Positions 12,926-29,326 of a stretch of 64,000 nucleotides of DNA are shown here, piece by piece (within the stretch, counting starts at the first letter, position 1; every line of letters begins with the position of its first letter). The notes beneath the pieces are model-generated. The model made no database searches. It was given only the letters and a program-made list of their open reading frames with translations, and was not told where the DNA came from. The DNA comes from Felis catus (taxonomy: Eukaryota). The stretch covers positions 180,546,001-180,610,000 of the forward strand of contig NC_058368.1 in the NCBI RefSeq assembly GCF_018350175.1, given 5' to 3'. The position numbers and the translations under genes were made by a program.

Positions 12926-14369
12926 GGGCAAATGTGTTGGTGAACTCATGCCTGCTTTGGGTGAAAGGTGGGGGGAGGGAATTCAGGAGGAGCCTTAAGG
13001 AGGCATGTCCTCACCTCTTCTTCATCTATTATCTGAGTGCCTACCACATGGCACTTGTCACCAGGGATACAGTAGTGAGATGGTTCCTGTGCTCATGGAG
13101 CTTATAGATGCCCTGATACAACAGTTTCATGTGCTTTTGCAAGGCTGGGGAGAACAGAGAAAGGAGTGTAGTGGAAAAGACTCTTTCAAATGAGATTACT
13201 TGAGACATCCTTAGGAGACATAATGAAAATTATTCTCACATTGAGTTTGGGCCAGGAAGAAGGGACTAGCACTCCAAATTTTGTTGAAGCATCATAAAGT
13301 TTTTGGTGGAAGGATGTGGTTCTTTGATGGTCTATATTACCATTTTACATTAGACCAGCCTATATGGAAATGCTATTGACACATTACTCACCTAAGAGAT
13401 GTTCCTGACTGGATTGCTGGGAGGAGGGCTACCTAGGTGGCTTAGAATTTCACTGGGCACTGGTCTATCATGGTAGCTTCACTGGAAATTTTGGTTTCTT
13501 CTGAATCCTAGGGAAGCTCAGAGCCTTGGGGCCTTGCATAATTCACCTGGCCAGACTTCTAGGAGCTTGATAGTCCCTGGAAAGGTAAGTCTGTTGTCTT
13601 CAATGCTTGATACCCTCAGTTGCTGCACCACAGGTTCTCTGCAAATTCCCTGCTTTCCATGAAGGAGCAACACTTTCTTCCCTATTCCAAGAGTCAGGGC
13701 TGGGGCTGCCAGAATGCCACGTGTCTGTCATGTGTTTCAGTTCCTACAAAGCCTAGTAGGCCACCTCACAAAGTCTAGACAGCCACTCAGTTTCCCAGTC
13801 CATATGACTAGGGAGAGGAACCCTCAAAAGGAGAGCATGATACAGCAACCCTGCTACTTGTCAAATCCTGTTAATTATGTGTACTAAATCGCTCTCAGAT
13901 CTTTCCTTCCCTCTTCTTTCTCTCTTTAGTGTTAGTGATTTAGTTCTTTGTTTGGATTACTGCAATTGCTTCTGTGCTGTCCCTGTCTTCCTATCTTGTC
14001 CCCTTCTGATCTATCATCCTCCACATCTAAGGAAGCCTGAGAGGTCTTTCTAAGACTACACATCCCAACACATCACTCTGCTAATCAAACCCTGGAACAG
14101 CTCCCCATAGTCCTCTTGATAAATGTCAGCTTAGCAAAATATGCTTTTCCATGTGCTGTCTCTGGCCAACTCATTTTTTTTTTTCCTGCACCACAATGTA
14201 ACACATTCCCCTTCCCCATGGCCAAACTGAGTTAAGGTTTCCTGAAATGCTCTTCCCTTTTTGGACCTCTTTGTTGTCTCACAGGCAACACTGTTGGTCT
14301 CATCACTCCTTCCCTGTATCTTTGCCAGGCTAATTCCCACTGCTCTGCAGAACTGATTCCAGCCTTTCT

Positions 14370-14717
14370 GTATGAGGTTGCAGAGAACCTGCTATGTATT
14401 CAACTCTTTTGGTTTTTTTCTTCTTAGGCACCCAGAAAGACAACATTTCCTAGGCTTCTGTGCAGTTCAGTGGAAACGTTCTCACTAGGGTGGGTGGAAG
14501 TGATGTACACCATGTCCATCTCTGCTCATTCAGCCTCTTGTTCCTTCCAGAGCAACCTGAGAGGTCATTTGCTTACTGTGGCGGGGTCACAAGACAGCAA
14601 ATGCTGTGAATCATCACTAGGTCAAGCTGCCTGCCTTATGTGGAAGGTGATGTGGTAAGCTCCTGAGATTTCAGGGCTTATTTATTATCTGGCCTCATCT
14701 CATCCCCTCCTGACACA
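14370..14717 (+). mobile_element. Ancient MaLR LTR (MLT1J-like) remnant
   Basis: Starts tgtat; ends ctgagatttcagggcttatttatt...cctcctgacaca, resembling an MLT1J terminus. Confidence 0.5.
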
Positions 14718-16374
14718 ACGAACTATCCAGTGTTCCTTGTGACACTGCCTCTGTTACAGCTTACACCACACTGTTTACATTGGCCTCTCTACTAGATTGC
14801 AAGCTCTTTACTGGTGAGGATTTAGTTTTCTCTCTCTCACCTCCATAGTGCTTGGCATATAGTTGGCACTTAGCCCACATCTTTTTAAAAGAATTTATAA
14901 TATTGGTTTAATTTGCAGCCCAAATGCAGAGGAGACTTAAATCAAGGAGAAAATTAAAAAAAATGTGTTAGTTATACACAGGAAAACAATTACAGCTATA
15001 AAATGTAATGTTCTCCTCTAAGAGTCCATTTGACGATGGAAGTCAAGACGGAGTGAAAAGAAATGTCAGGCCTGGAGGTAAGGAGAGAAGAAACTGCTTG
15101 CCTTGTGGGGGCCAACAGGTACCTGTGGTTCAGGGGCTGCAAACTTCCCTGCCCTGGGCTCATAAAGAATCTGACAAAAAGGACACTCCCCAGTTCTCTT
15201 GATCCACATCCTGCCTCACCTTTCCTTTACACCTTCTTGCAATTGCTTTGCTCTCCTGCAATTTCTAGGAGTTGCTTTTATTTCATTCACTAAACAATTT
15301 ATGAATTGAATTAAAATAAATGAGATGCAAATAAATTCCAGGCTTTCTCCCTCATTTTCAAATTACATTTTCAGTCCACTCAACCTGTTATAATCTCATA
15401 GTGATTTTCATTTAAGAGAGCTAAATGGATATGTGATTATTGTTACAGGAACTAACACCAGACAATTAAATGTTGAGGTGTTGATAGATAAAGCTGTGTT
15501 TTGATTTGCATAAACATGATGCCAGCAAATCTAAACCTGGCAGAAATTCAGTTATAAGATTTGCGTGCCTAACTTCTGCTAATTACCACAAGTACCATTA
15601 TTAAGATTTTTAATATTCAGTGTTGGGATTATAGCCATTTTATTTTAGGGCCACATTTATCTTTATTTGGAAAACTTAGTCAAAAAGCATAACTGATTTA
15701 TCAGAGAAAAGGCACGATTACTACTTATAATCAACTTCTACAGTACAGCATATCAAAAATCAATTACACAGGCCTGAAATCCAGTCATTAAGGATTTAGC
15801 TACTAATCTCATTTCATTTTTTGTCTTTGGGAAGATAGTGCCGTTTGCAACTTTGCAGATACCAGCGTTGGAAGGAAAACATGGGAGACTGCTGATAACC
15901 TAATGTGAACAATGAAACTCCAGCTAGATGAAAGCAGAATCTTAATATGCAGTGGCCTGGCTCTGCAGGGAGGTAACCTGGGCCGGGTGGATTTCAATCC
16001 AATAACAGGCAAAAGTTACGCTGATGGTGACACTTCTACTCTTTTCCATTGTTTACTGTCTTCCTAGTGCTTATCTTAATCATAATTATTTTAGTTATTT
16101 ATCACTGTATTCACTATCTGCCCTTCTTGTCCCTTTCCCCCATCCCTGACTGTAAGCTGCAGGAGGGTAGGCTTGGTGTGTCATATAGATCTTCAGTGCC
16201 TGACAAGTGGTAGGTGTTTAGTGAATATGTGAATTTGGTGAAGACTGGGATCCCTGCCCCCCCCCCCCCCCACCATGGGGAAAGAGGTTAGCATGATGTT
16301 AAAAATCAGTCAGATGAGTGAGTAGGGCAGGACCCCGATTATCTGGATGACTATGAATTTAAACAGGAAGCTAT

Positions 16375-16600
16375 GGGGCTTGGTGGTGAAGAATACTGGC
16401 TAGTGAGCCAGACACAAATATGGAACTGGGACTGAGTCCTGGCTTTGCCATTTTCTAGCCATGGTGCCTTTGGACGGGTTATGTAGCTCCCAGAGCCTGT
16501 GTTTCTTTATCTGAAAAACAGGGATAACTATCCCCATGCGGTTGTTGAAAATAAGTAAAGCACTTAACATACTGCTTGCCTCACGGAATCCTCAATGAGT
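16375..16600 (+). mobile_element. MIR
   Basis: cagagcctgtgtttctttatctgaaaaacaggg...gtaaagcacttaac. Confidence 0.6.
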
Positions 16601-17011
16601 ATTGTGTCTTTGTTTTTAAAAGAAGTAACTTTGGGGTCAGTTGCCTAGTCTGGGGAAGCTATGGTTTGTTAAAACTTTCTGCTTGGTTAGCTTGTTACTT
16701 CCTCTTGGGAAGCCTCCCCTTATCACCTTAGGCTGGGCAATCTCTCCTGCTCTGTGATTCCATCAGGCCCTGGATGTTCCTCTCACTTATCCCATTGGAT
16801 TATCCTGCATCTATCTATTCTACTGGACTGTTAACTCCTTGAGTGTAAAGAGTACATTATAAAATTTGTGTTCTTTCAGTATTCATCAAATTCCTCAGCA
16901 CACAGTAGGCACTGGCACTCGGTGCTAAGTCGTTTGTCAAATTGGCCAAAGAGTGGAAGTTGAGAAAGAAGATGGCAAGTGTGACAAGAAGACTGAAGCT
17001 ATCTCTAGCTA

Positions 17012-17512
<501 letters not shown>

Positions 17513-18802
17513 TCATAAGAGAACAGAACCCCTATTTTTATAGGTTTCCATGGTACTTTGCAGCTGTCAGTCTAAGGCTGCCTTCAATTAGCACCCATAC
17601 AATGTTAAGGTGAGTAGCAGAGATGCTACTGATCCATGGAAAGAAAAACATTATTAATATGTGGCACTCCAGAAATAATTATGCTGTGATATTTTTCTTT
17701 TACTCACTGAATACTATTAATAGTACCTTTAAAGATGTCTATTGCCTACACAATTTGTGTCAATCAAATCCCTAATCTTTAACATATATGTTTTAAATAG
17801 TAAAAAAAAAATGACTTAATTTTTCCCCCCTTTTGCCTACCACCTAACCTGAAGTGGATGGTCTAGCTACAGATCAGATCAGGAGAAAAAAAGCAACCTT
17901 CTTGTCCCTCATGCTTCTGCTGCTGACTCCACTATGATGCCACCTTTACTTAAGCGAACTCTGAAGAGATTCAAACAGCTTAAGGTAGACTGAGCTAGGG
18001 GGTGCTGATAACACGCGTTTATCTCCCCAAAGAGAATCTACACTAGTCAATCAGACTTCTGACCTTTTCCTTATCAAAAAGTTCCAGGAAGGAAATGTGA
18101 GTCCAAAACTCCTTTCACAGATACGTTTCTTCCTGATTATTTGGGCAAAGGAGTCCAGCTGGGCTGGCCTCTGAGATGCTGACTTTTGGGATTGTGAGCA
18201 AATGTGTATCTGTCACTCCTGCAACTGCAGCCATCATGCAGAAAGACAGAATCTACATCATTAATCATTTGGCAGAGCAGAAATAGAGTCATTGAAACAG
18301 GCTCTGTCGTGGGATAATAGTGCAGAAATGTCACCATTTATCTACTGAGAGGACACTTTTATCCTCTGACAACGGGCTAGCCCACTGACATTATATCTTA
18401 ATTAAAGGAAAAATTAATCTGCACAATTCCTTTTCTTGCCAGCTCTTGTGCTTGTCCTGGAATTTGTGTCATGTCAAACAGCAATACTAACTATGGGGTG
18501 GTCAGAAACCTTTGTGATCCCAGTCTTGGCAAGAGATTGCTAAAGGCTTTGATTCCAGGACAATCAACTCAACAAACAAGTGGCACCAGAATGGAGCCAA
18601 AAAAGGAAGAGGTGAACCCAAGAGGATAAATAGCCCTTGAGAAGCTAACTCTGTGTGTTGGGTTAGTGGGGAGTGCTGATGATGGAGAGGTAAGAGCAAG
18701 TGGGTATGACAACTGACATTTTCAGATAAGTATGTAGACATTCCTAAATTCCTGGACATTTCGTTTAGTATAGATGACATTCTTCTGAATCTGATTAAGT
18801 CA

Positions 18803-19153
<351 letters not shown>

Positions 19154-20634
19154 TTACTTGAGCTGAAGGCTTTCCCACCACTCAGAACCTCACAAGGCCA
19201 GAGAGAGAGGTTGGAAGGTAGAATGGCTGGGTAGTGTATCACACAGAGGCTCCTTGTCACAATCAGCAAGACCTGGCATTGGAGACCATCTATGCTCATA
19301 CAATTTCATCTCACTTGCCACCTCAAAGTCCTTTGGACAGTCAACCTAGGCCAAATATCACCTCCAGGCCTTGGCTCAAGCACAGCAGGTCTGGCTGCCT
19401 ATAACCCTCTCTCTGGTTTTATAGTCCCAAACTAACCACAGCTCCCCAAGCAGCCTTCTTAGACAGTTTTCCCAATGAATTACTTGACATCACCCAAGTC
19501 TACGTATACCAGTGATCAAGTTCTGCTGCTAGAAAGTTGCCTGAAATTGGGCCCTTTTCCTTTATCTGTATGTCATCTTTACTTTTTTCTTGAACTGTGG
19601 AATTGTTTTTTCTGCCTCCTTTAGCAAAAAGCCTTGCTATTCCACTTGGTGGAACATTTTCCCACTCTGAAAGTTTCATTGTAATCAGAAAGCTGGACCT
19701 TCCATATGCCCAAGTAAGAGACTCTTTTTAAGGTCTGAGCATAGAGGCCTTTGAGCTTTCCCAGATGATATCTGTTAGTAGAGATATCTGTTACCAGAGA
19801 GGGGAGGAAGGTAGAGGAAAGAAGGTAGTTTGCTTAACCTTTAGGTGTGACTCCCTCTGGACTGGGGACAAAGGTGGTAAGTTCTCAGTGATGGAGACTG
19901 AAGCTTGTACAGCATATGAACAGAACCATTATGGCCTATCTGGCTTTGTTGCTTAGAACTATGGAAGCAAATATGGATGGAAAATGGCTTCAGAAAGACA
20001 GTAAGTGATTTGAGAAAACATGATAAGAAATTTTTGCTTCCCGGGATGTTTGAAGGCAGAGAACAGAACCACATTAAGCTGGGTGGCCAGTTGGACAAAG
20101 GGAGGGAAGAGCTTTGAATGAAGGGCCCAGCGTTTGGCTCTACCCTCATCACTTGCCCAGGGCACTAGGCAATAGGTGGTACAGATATTACACTAACTGG
20201 ACCACTATAGACACAGATGGGAGTCAGGCCCTCCAGGTCAAAGGGACTCCCTTTTGTCTTCTTATCTATTAAAGAAACTGCCTCTCAAAGATGTTATTTA
20301 CTAATAGTGACAAATTTGTTAAATGATTAGGTAGATAGCTACCTATAAAGCCACAAAAATTGATGACAGTGATTTCTATCTATTGGAATGAAAAAATGTA
20401 TATTATTGAGTGGAGTATAAAAATATATTCCACTGATAGTATAATGAGTATATATAGACGGAATTGTCTTAAAATATAGACATCACAACATTAAGGGTGG
20501 TTTTTCTACCTGTGTTTGTATGTTCCCCTATTTTAGGAATTATTTCTAACCAATATGCCTGACTGTTAGGTTTTCTGATTAGAAACAAAAGGTATTTAAA
20601 TGAAATAGTAAATGCCTAAGAGTTGTTTTTTTTT

Positions 20635-23300
20635 AAAAGATAAAATTGACCAACCTTAAAAGACAAGAGTTCTCAAAAATCAGAGATGTTACAACTGATA
20701 TGACAGAAATACAAAAGATCATAACAGATTACTACCAAGGAGTTTCAATCAGTAATCAAAAGCGTTCCAACAAACACAACTACAGGGCCAGATGGCTTCA
20801 CTGGTGAATGCTACCAAACATTGAAAAACTTATTGATAGAAATCCTTCTCAAACTCTTGAAGGAACTATTCCAAACTCATTTTATGAGGCCAGCATTACC
20901 TTGCTACCAAGATAGGGGCACCACACAAAAAGAAAATGAATATCTCAGATGAATATAGATACTCCAACATATTCATATTTAAATCAAATACAGAAAATCA
21001 TATTCAATAGTACATTGATAGATGTATTCCAGGGATGCAAGGATGGTTCAACAGATGCATAAAAAGCATCTGACAAAATCCAACACCCATTAATGACCAA
21101 AACTCTCAACAAAGTGGGTATAGAGGGAATGTACCTCAAAGGTCATATATGACGGATCCACATACAACACCATACCCACTGGTGGGAAACTGAAATCTTC
21201 CTCTAAGATCAGGAACAAGACAGGACAACTAAGAAAATGAAGTGCATCCAAATAAGACAGAAGTAAAACTGTCATTATTCGCAGATGATGACTTAACCTA
21301 AAAACTTAGAACCAATAAATTCAGTAAAGTTGAAGAATACCATTGTGTTTCTATATACTAAGAACAAACTAGCAGAAAGTCAATCCCATTTACAATTGGA
21401 TCAAAAAGAATAAAAAAAGCTAGGAAAAAATTTAACAAAGGGCATAAAAGACCTCTTATACTAAAAGCTATGACATTGATGAAAGATAGTCCATTGTTCA
21501 TGGACTGGAATAATCAATGCAATCCCTAACAAAATTCCAATGGAATTATTCAGAGAAATAGAACAAATAGTTCTAAAGTTTGTATGGAGCCACAAAAGCA
21601 ATGTTGAGAGAAAGAAACAAAGCTGGAAGCATCTTGCTCCCTGATTTCAAACTAAATTACAGAGCTATTGTAATCAAAACAGTAATCAAACAGTTTTTAT
21701 GAGCATAAAAACAGATACACAGATCAATAGAGCAAAATAGAGAGTCCAGAAATAAACACACACATATATGGTCAATTAGTTTACCATAAAGGAGCTAAGA
21801 ATATACAATGGGGAAAGGACCGTTTCTTTAATAAATGGTATTGGGAAAACTGGACAGCCACATGCAAAATAATGAAAATGGGCCATTATCTTACTCGATA
21901 CACAGAAATTAACTCAAAAGGATAAAAACCATTAAACTAGAAGAAAACAGGTGGTAAGCTCCTTGATATCAGTCTTGGCAATTTTTTGACTTGACACCCA
22001 AACCAAAGGCAACAAAAGCAAAAAAGATGTGGGACTGCATCAAATTAAAAAGCTTCATAGTAAAGGAAACCAACAAAATGAAAAGGCAACCTACAGAATA
22101 GGAGAAAATATTTGCAGATCATATATCTGATAAAGTTTTAATGTCCAAAAAATATATATATAAAAAAAACCTCATACAATTCAAGAGCAAACAACCTGAT
22201 TAAAAAATATACAGAGGATCTGAATGGACATTTTCCCAAAGACGACACATGGATGGCCAACAGGTACATGAAAAGGTGCTCAACACCACTAAGCAATGGG
22301 AAATGCAAATCAAAACCATAATAAGATATTACCTCACACCTATTAGAATGTCTTTTATCAAAAAGAAGTAAGTGTTGGTGAGGATATGGAGAAAAGGGAA
22401 CCCTTGTGCCTTGGTGGTAGGAATGTAAATTGGTGCAGCCAGTATAGAAAACAATATGGTGGTTCCTCAAAAAAAAAAAAAAAAAAAGAATTACCATATA
22501 ATCCAGCAATTCCACTTTAGGTATCTATCCAAACTCAAAAAGATATATGCAGCCCATGTTCATTGCAGCATTATTTACAATAGTCTAGATATGGAAACAA
22601 CCTAAGTGTTCATCAGTGGATGAATGGATAAAGAAGATGTGGTATATATATACATTCCGCCATAAAAAGAATGAAATCTTGCAATTTATGACAACATGGA
22701 TGGACCTTGAGGGCATTATGCTAAGTGAACTAAGTTAGAGACAAATACCACATGATATTATATGTGGAATCTTTAAAAAACCCTGAACTCATAGACACAG
22801 AGAACATGGTGGTGGTTACCAGAAATGGGGGATGAGTGAAAGGGTCAAAAGGTATAAATTTCTAGATATAAAATAAATATGAGGAGGTAGGGGCACTTGG
22901 GTGACTCAGTGAAGCGTCTGACTTCGGCTCAGGTCATGATCTCACGGTTCATGAGTTCGACCCCTGCATTGGGCTCTCTGCTGTCAGCACAGAGCCTGCT
23001 TTGGATCCTCTCTCTCTCCCTTTCCCCTGCTCATGCTCTTTATCAAAAATAAACAAACATTAAAAAAAATATGAGGATATAATGTATGGCATGGTGATAG
23101 GTAATAGCACTGTACTGCATATTTGAAAATTGCTAAGAGAATAAATCTTAGAAGTTCTCATCACAAGAAAAATTTTCATAACTCTATAGTGATAGATGTT
23201 AATTAGATTTACTGTGGTGATCATTTCACAATATATACAAACATCAAATCATGTTGTACACTTGGAACTAATATATATCAATTTTACCTCAATAAGAAAA
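20635..23300 (+). mobile_element. Degenerate 5'-truncated LINE-1 (ORF2 to 3'UTR) with many internal deletions
   Basis: L1 motifs such as gggccagatggcttcactggtgaat, cctgatttcaaacta and gggaaaactggacagccacatgc; 3'UTR ending tacctcaataa. Confidence 0.85.
22890..23069 (+). mobile_element. Can-SINE inside the L1 3'UTR
   Basis: SINEC body; aaatatgagga repeated on both sides. Confidence 0.88.
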
Positions 23301-25622
23301 TAAAACACTTTTAAGGGTTTGCCTATGGGGTGCCTAATGGAGTACTCGACAACAGACAATATCCTCAAGTCCCACAGTCAAGCAGGGACTTGTATGAGGA
23401 GTTCGTGGTCTGGGATCCAGGCAAAGATTGAATTCCAATGTACCTGGACACATACAATGGTGCTTATGAGAGAAGTGGTAGAAACTGGAGATTCTACACA
23501 GAGGAACAGAAGTTTGGGGCTGAGGCCAGGATCTCAGGGGTCACAGGAAGAAAAACATGTTCTCTCTAATTTTCAAAGAGTAAGTTTCCTACAACCATGC
23601 TTACTTGCCCAAGGAGTATCTTCAGATTCAGGTCTTTTTGCAAATAAGTCTACACATAGTTTCAAGGTGCTATGAATTCCTATAATGGGATCTCAAGGCC
23701 ATTCAAGGGAACTACTACAGCCTTGGCCTGTGTGGGGCTGAAGGTTGCTTTTGACTCATTTATTCAAGTATTTACTGAGTGCCTACTATATGCCAGGCAT
23801 TGTACATGGCACTGGGGGCATGACTAGAAACAAAATGGATGAGAATCCCTGTCTCCATGATGTGTACATGATGGACAGAGTATGTCAGATGGTAACAAGT
23901 GGCAAGGATTAAAATAAGGGAGAGAGAGAGAGAGAGAGAGAGAGAGTATGTGTGTAAGAGTGGTTGTAATTTTAAGTATGGTCCTGTGCCTTTCAGGGAT
24001 ACAGGCTACTCTTCTCCAGATGATCATATGTAAAATACCATGAAACAAAAAAAGTTCACCATCATTTTAGGAGGAACAGGAAAACCTCATGCATTTGAAC
24101 CCCTATAATGGACAATTTGATAATAGGATTTACCTACACTATGAAAAAGCAGCTCTTCAAAAGAGAAAAAAAAATCATGCAGTTTCTATGTAACTTGTGA
24201 ACACTTTTAAAAAGCGTACTGCCCATATTTTTGTTAAACTAGGGACCCTTCCTGGAAAATACTGTCCCAGTTAGACCTAATGTCTAAAGATGTACCTGAG
24301 GCTGAACTTCTTTATTATAGTCTCTAAGTCAGGCCTAATTCAGACTGGCCTTCTGAGAGTGACATTGGTTTGTCCTCAATCAGACAAGACAACATATTGT
24401 CTCTGAAAAGCATTGGTCTTTAGGTAGAACTGCTAGAAAGGAAGGTGAAAATCTATGAGGTGTTTGGGTTACAGTATAGCTTTAACCTAACTTGGTGTGA
24501 GAGTTACAGATGGCACTAAGATGGTGCCTTAGGGACAGTGTCACTGGCTGGTAAAGTTTGATCAAGCCCCAGTGCCCTGGAGGATGCTAGGATGCTTCAG
24601 AAATCTGAGAAAGACAGCTTTGCCCAAAGAAAAAAAGAGAGCAAGGAAAAGCAATTCTACAACGCAGTAAATTTCCAGCAGGTGGCAACAGCTTCCTTTG
24701 CATGCTCCCAAACCCATTTGACTACCAACTGGAAGTGAACATTCCTGAATCTAGAAGTGGATCAACAATAGGGTCTTCTGTTCTCTCTCTTGTATCCCAT
24801 TCCCTCTGCCGACAACCCCTACCCAACTTACTAAGTTCTTGGCCAGCAGCAACACCTAGACGGAAAGCAAACAAGGACTCCAAATACAAGTAAGCTTCAC
24901 TGTCAAGGAGAGCCAGATACTTATAAATTCCATACCAGACTTAGTGGTGACTGGGGGAATCACGCCTTAGAAATTTTCCCCAACCAGCATCCCACTGGTT
25001 AATACCTGCAGCAGCAGGCAGTATGACAAAGCGCTGCCTGCAGGAGTGACGGAAAACAGCTTTTTGGCAAAACAAACAGTGGGACTATTAAGTATGAGAT
25101 AATTGTTAGGGGAAATATGACCAGCTCTCACATCTTTTAATATACCTAGCACTTTATCTGTATTGATCTGCTTCTGCTAAAGAGGAAATTCAGAGTTTAT
25201 CTACCTGTCTGTGCAATCAAGTGTGTTGCTGGACCTACTGGCAAATTACAGGAGTCCCACCAGGATCTTGCCTTTTAGATTCTAATTTCCGCACCCATGG
25301 CAAACATGAATAATCAGCAAAGTTAATGAACACTTGCTCTCCCAGGTGCTGTGCATGTCCAATATCCTGAAATTGGAGGGGCAAGCAGGCAATAGGAATT
25401 CGAGCTCTTGTTAGGATGTTCTCTGAAGTTCAATATCAGAGACCGAACAGTGCAAATCACTTAGAAGTCAGGGAGAGGGGACATGAATATCTTGAGGCCA
25501 CAAGTTGACATTAAAGTTAGTCACATTAATGTGACTAAACAATTCTAAAATCTACATGGACAATCAATCCTGCTGCAAGCTAAGGTAGGGTACTTTTAAG
25601 AAATGCTTTACAAATGTACTTA

Positions 25623-26648
<1,026 letters not shown>

Positions 26649-27638
26649 TTACCCATGTCGAGCGTACACAATGAAGAAGAGGCCAAGTAACAAACATCTC
26701 CTATTATATCATCTGCTATAGCTGGAGGAGGTCACCAGCTCTACTCTTGATGTTCTTCTCAGCCCCAGATGATTGGACCAAGGTCAGAGTCATATATAGT
26801 TGGACAAATAATTCACTGCACAAGGGGCTAAAGTAATTCCTTCTATCCTCTGCTCATCCAGCCATAGGCTTAAGGAGGCTATGTTCATATAGAGGTGGAA
26901 CTTTTATCTCATACACAAAAGAAGCCATGCTGTTTGGAAGATGGCCCTGACCCAAGGGCAGCCAATGCACAGGCTGGCTAGTGAACTACAACTTGGGCAT
27001 TCGCTTGAAGAAATGAACTGGACCTTCTCTGCAAAACTGAAATGAAAATCACTGTGGCAAGGTTTCAGTTTGTTGTGGAATTTGAGTTGAAATTAATGAG
27101 GTTGATTGAAGGTTGAAAAGGCCCTCATAGGAAGGGCAAGCATATATTCCAGGTTGTTTGAGGATCCATGTAATAAACATCATTTTCTCCTGCTGTCCAT
27201 TTAAGTGAGCCGCTGTTCTCTGCCCCCATAAGAACTGATACTAAAGGAATATCACTTGGAGGAATATTGTAGAGGGCTCTGCTCTAGTTACTACTTCACA
27301 AAGTAAAGGTTTATATAGTAGGATGCAATCATTTTAGATTAACAGTGAAGTTCTGATTGACATATAACACTGTATAGTACATTCTCAAACCTGCAATAAT
27401 GATGGAGAAGAGAGGTAATTACACAGTAACTCCTACCCTGTAATCTGCCACGGCTGGAGTGTGTCACTAGCTCCACTTTTTGAACTGAATCCCACCCTCC
27501 CCCTTTCCTTTCTCTCTTGCTCTCTCTCTCTTTCTTGTCTAACATTTCTCATTCCATTTTGCTGCCTAGTTCATCTCAAGCCTTCTACAAACCACCCTGT
27601 AATCTGTATCTATCTCTCTTCCTCCCATTCCACTTTCA

Positions 27639-27869
<231 letters not shown>

Positions 27870-28930
27870 TCAAGACAAACAGCGAACGTGTGTCTCTTGA
27901 CAAGGAGTAGGGCTTGTGGGGGTGGAGGTGGGGATGCCCTATTGGGCATTAGCTTCTTGATCTTCTCGAACTTGGGAACATACTGGATGGATTAGCAGAC
28001 CCAGAGCAGTGGCTCTCAGCTTTTTAAGGTAAAACCCTTTCTCATAGGCACTCTGTTGAGATATGCATAATTACTAGGGTGCTAGCTACATTACCACCCA
28101 ATTGAAGAATGAACTTTGGGCTGCAAATGAACCAAGACTGCAAATGAATGAATGGGGAAATAACTTGGCATCTGCTCTCTTTAGAAAAGAAGTTATTTCC
28201 CAAGTTCATTGCTTGAAAAATTATTGGTAGTAAATTACTTGAATAACCTTCACAACTAATTACAACAATGAGGTTCAGAAACAATGATTCCTGTAGTCAC
28301 AAACTTCCAATTCAAAATATATCCTCCAGGAAACATTCTCAATTAAGCCTTGACTCTACTCGGTACGCCCTGGGGGAACACCTGTTCTAGCACTCTCCTG
28401 GTAAGATGCAGACAGTGGCTTCTATTTCTTTGGCACCTTCACCCTAGTGCCCATGCCCAAGGCCATTCAGCCTTAATCCATATTGCCAGATGCTTTAGTG
28501 ATAGCTAAAAATGTTAATAAGAATTGGGGCTTCAAAGGATCAATAGGTCTTTATCCCTAAGTATCTTTGGTCCTTTTCCAACAGAGATCCATTGGTTCTA
28601 AGAACACCTCCCCCCTAATCCCAGACTCTTGGAAATCATACCCATTCTTAATTGCTACCATTTATTGGGCATTTACAAAATGTCAGGCTCTGTGCTTATG
28701 ACTATGTACACTATTGTCTAACATAAACATCTGGGAGTGGTTGGAGGCCCCCCCCACTGGGCTCTGTTCTGTCTCCAGCCCACACAGCTGTCACTCTGGC
28801 TCATGGAGCTAATATTTCCCTCTGACTCTGTGACTGGCAGCATTCAGAAGTCTCCAGGAGCAATCCAACCCACTTTCCGTTTGTAGCATATGTGGGTGAT
28901 GAAGTTTACTTCAAATAAACAATTTTTTTA

Positions 28931-29326
<396 letters not shown>

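Noticed and set aside
15809..16012. Minus-strand ORF as a possible next TENM2 exon
   Set aside because: The translation does not resemble the expected VHGRNLLSIDYD... segment; that exon probably lies left of the window.
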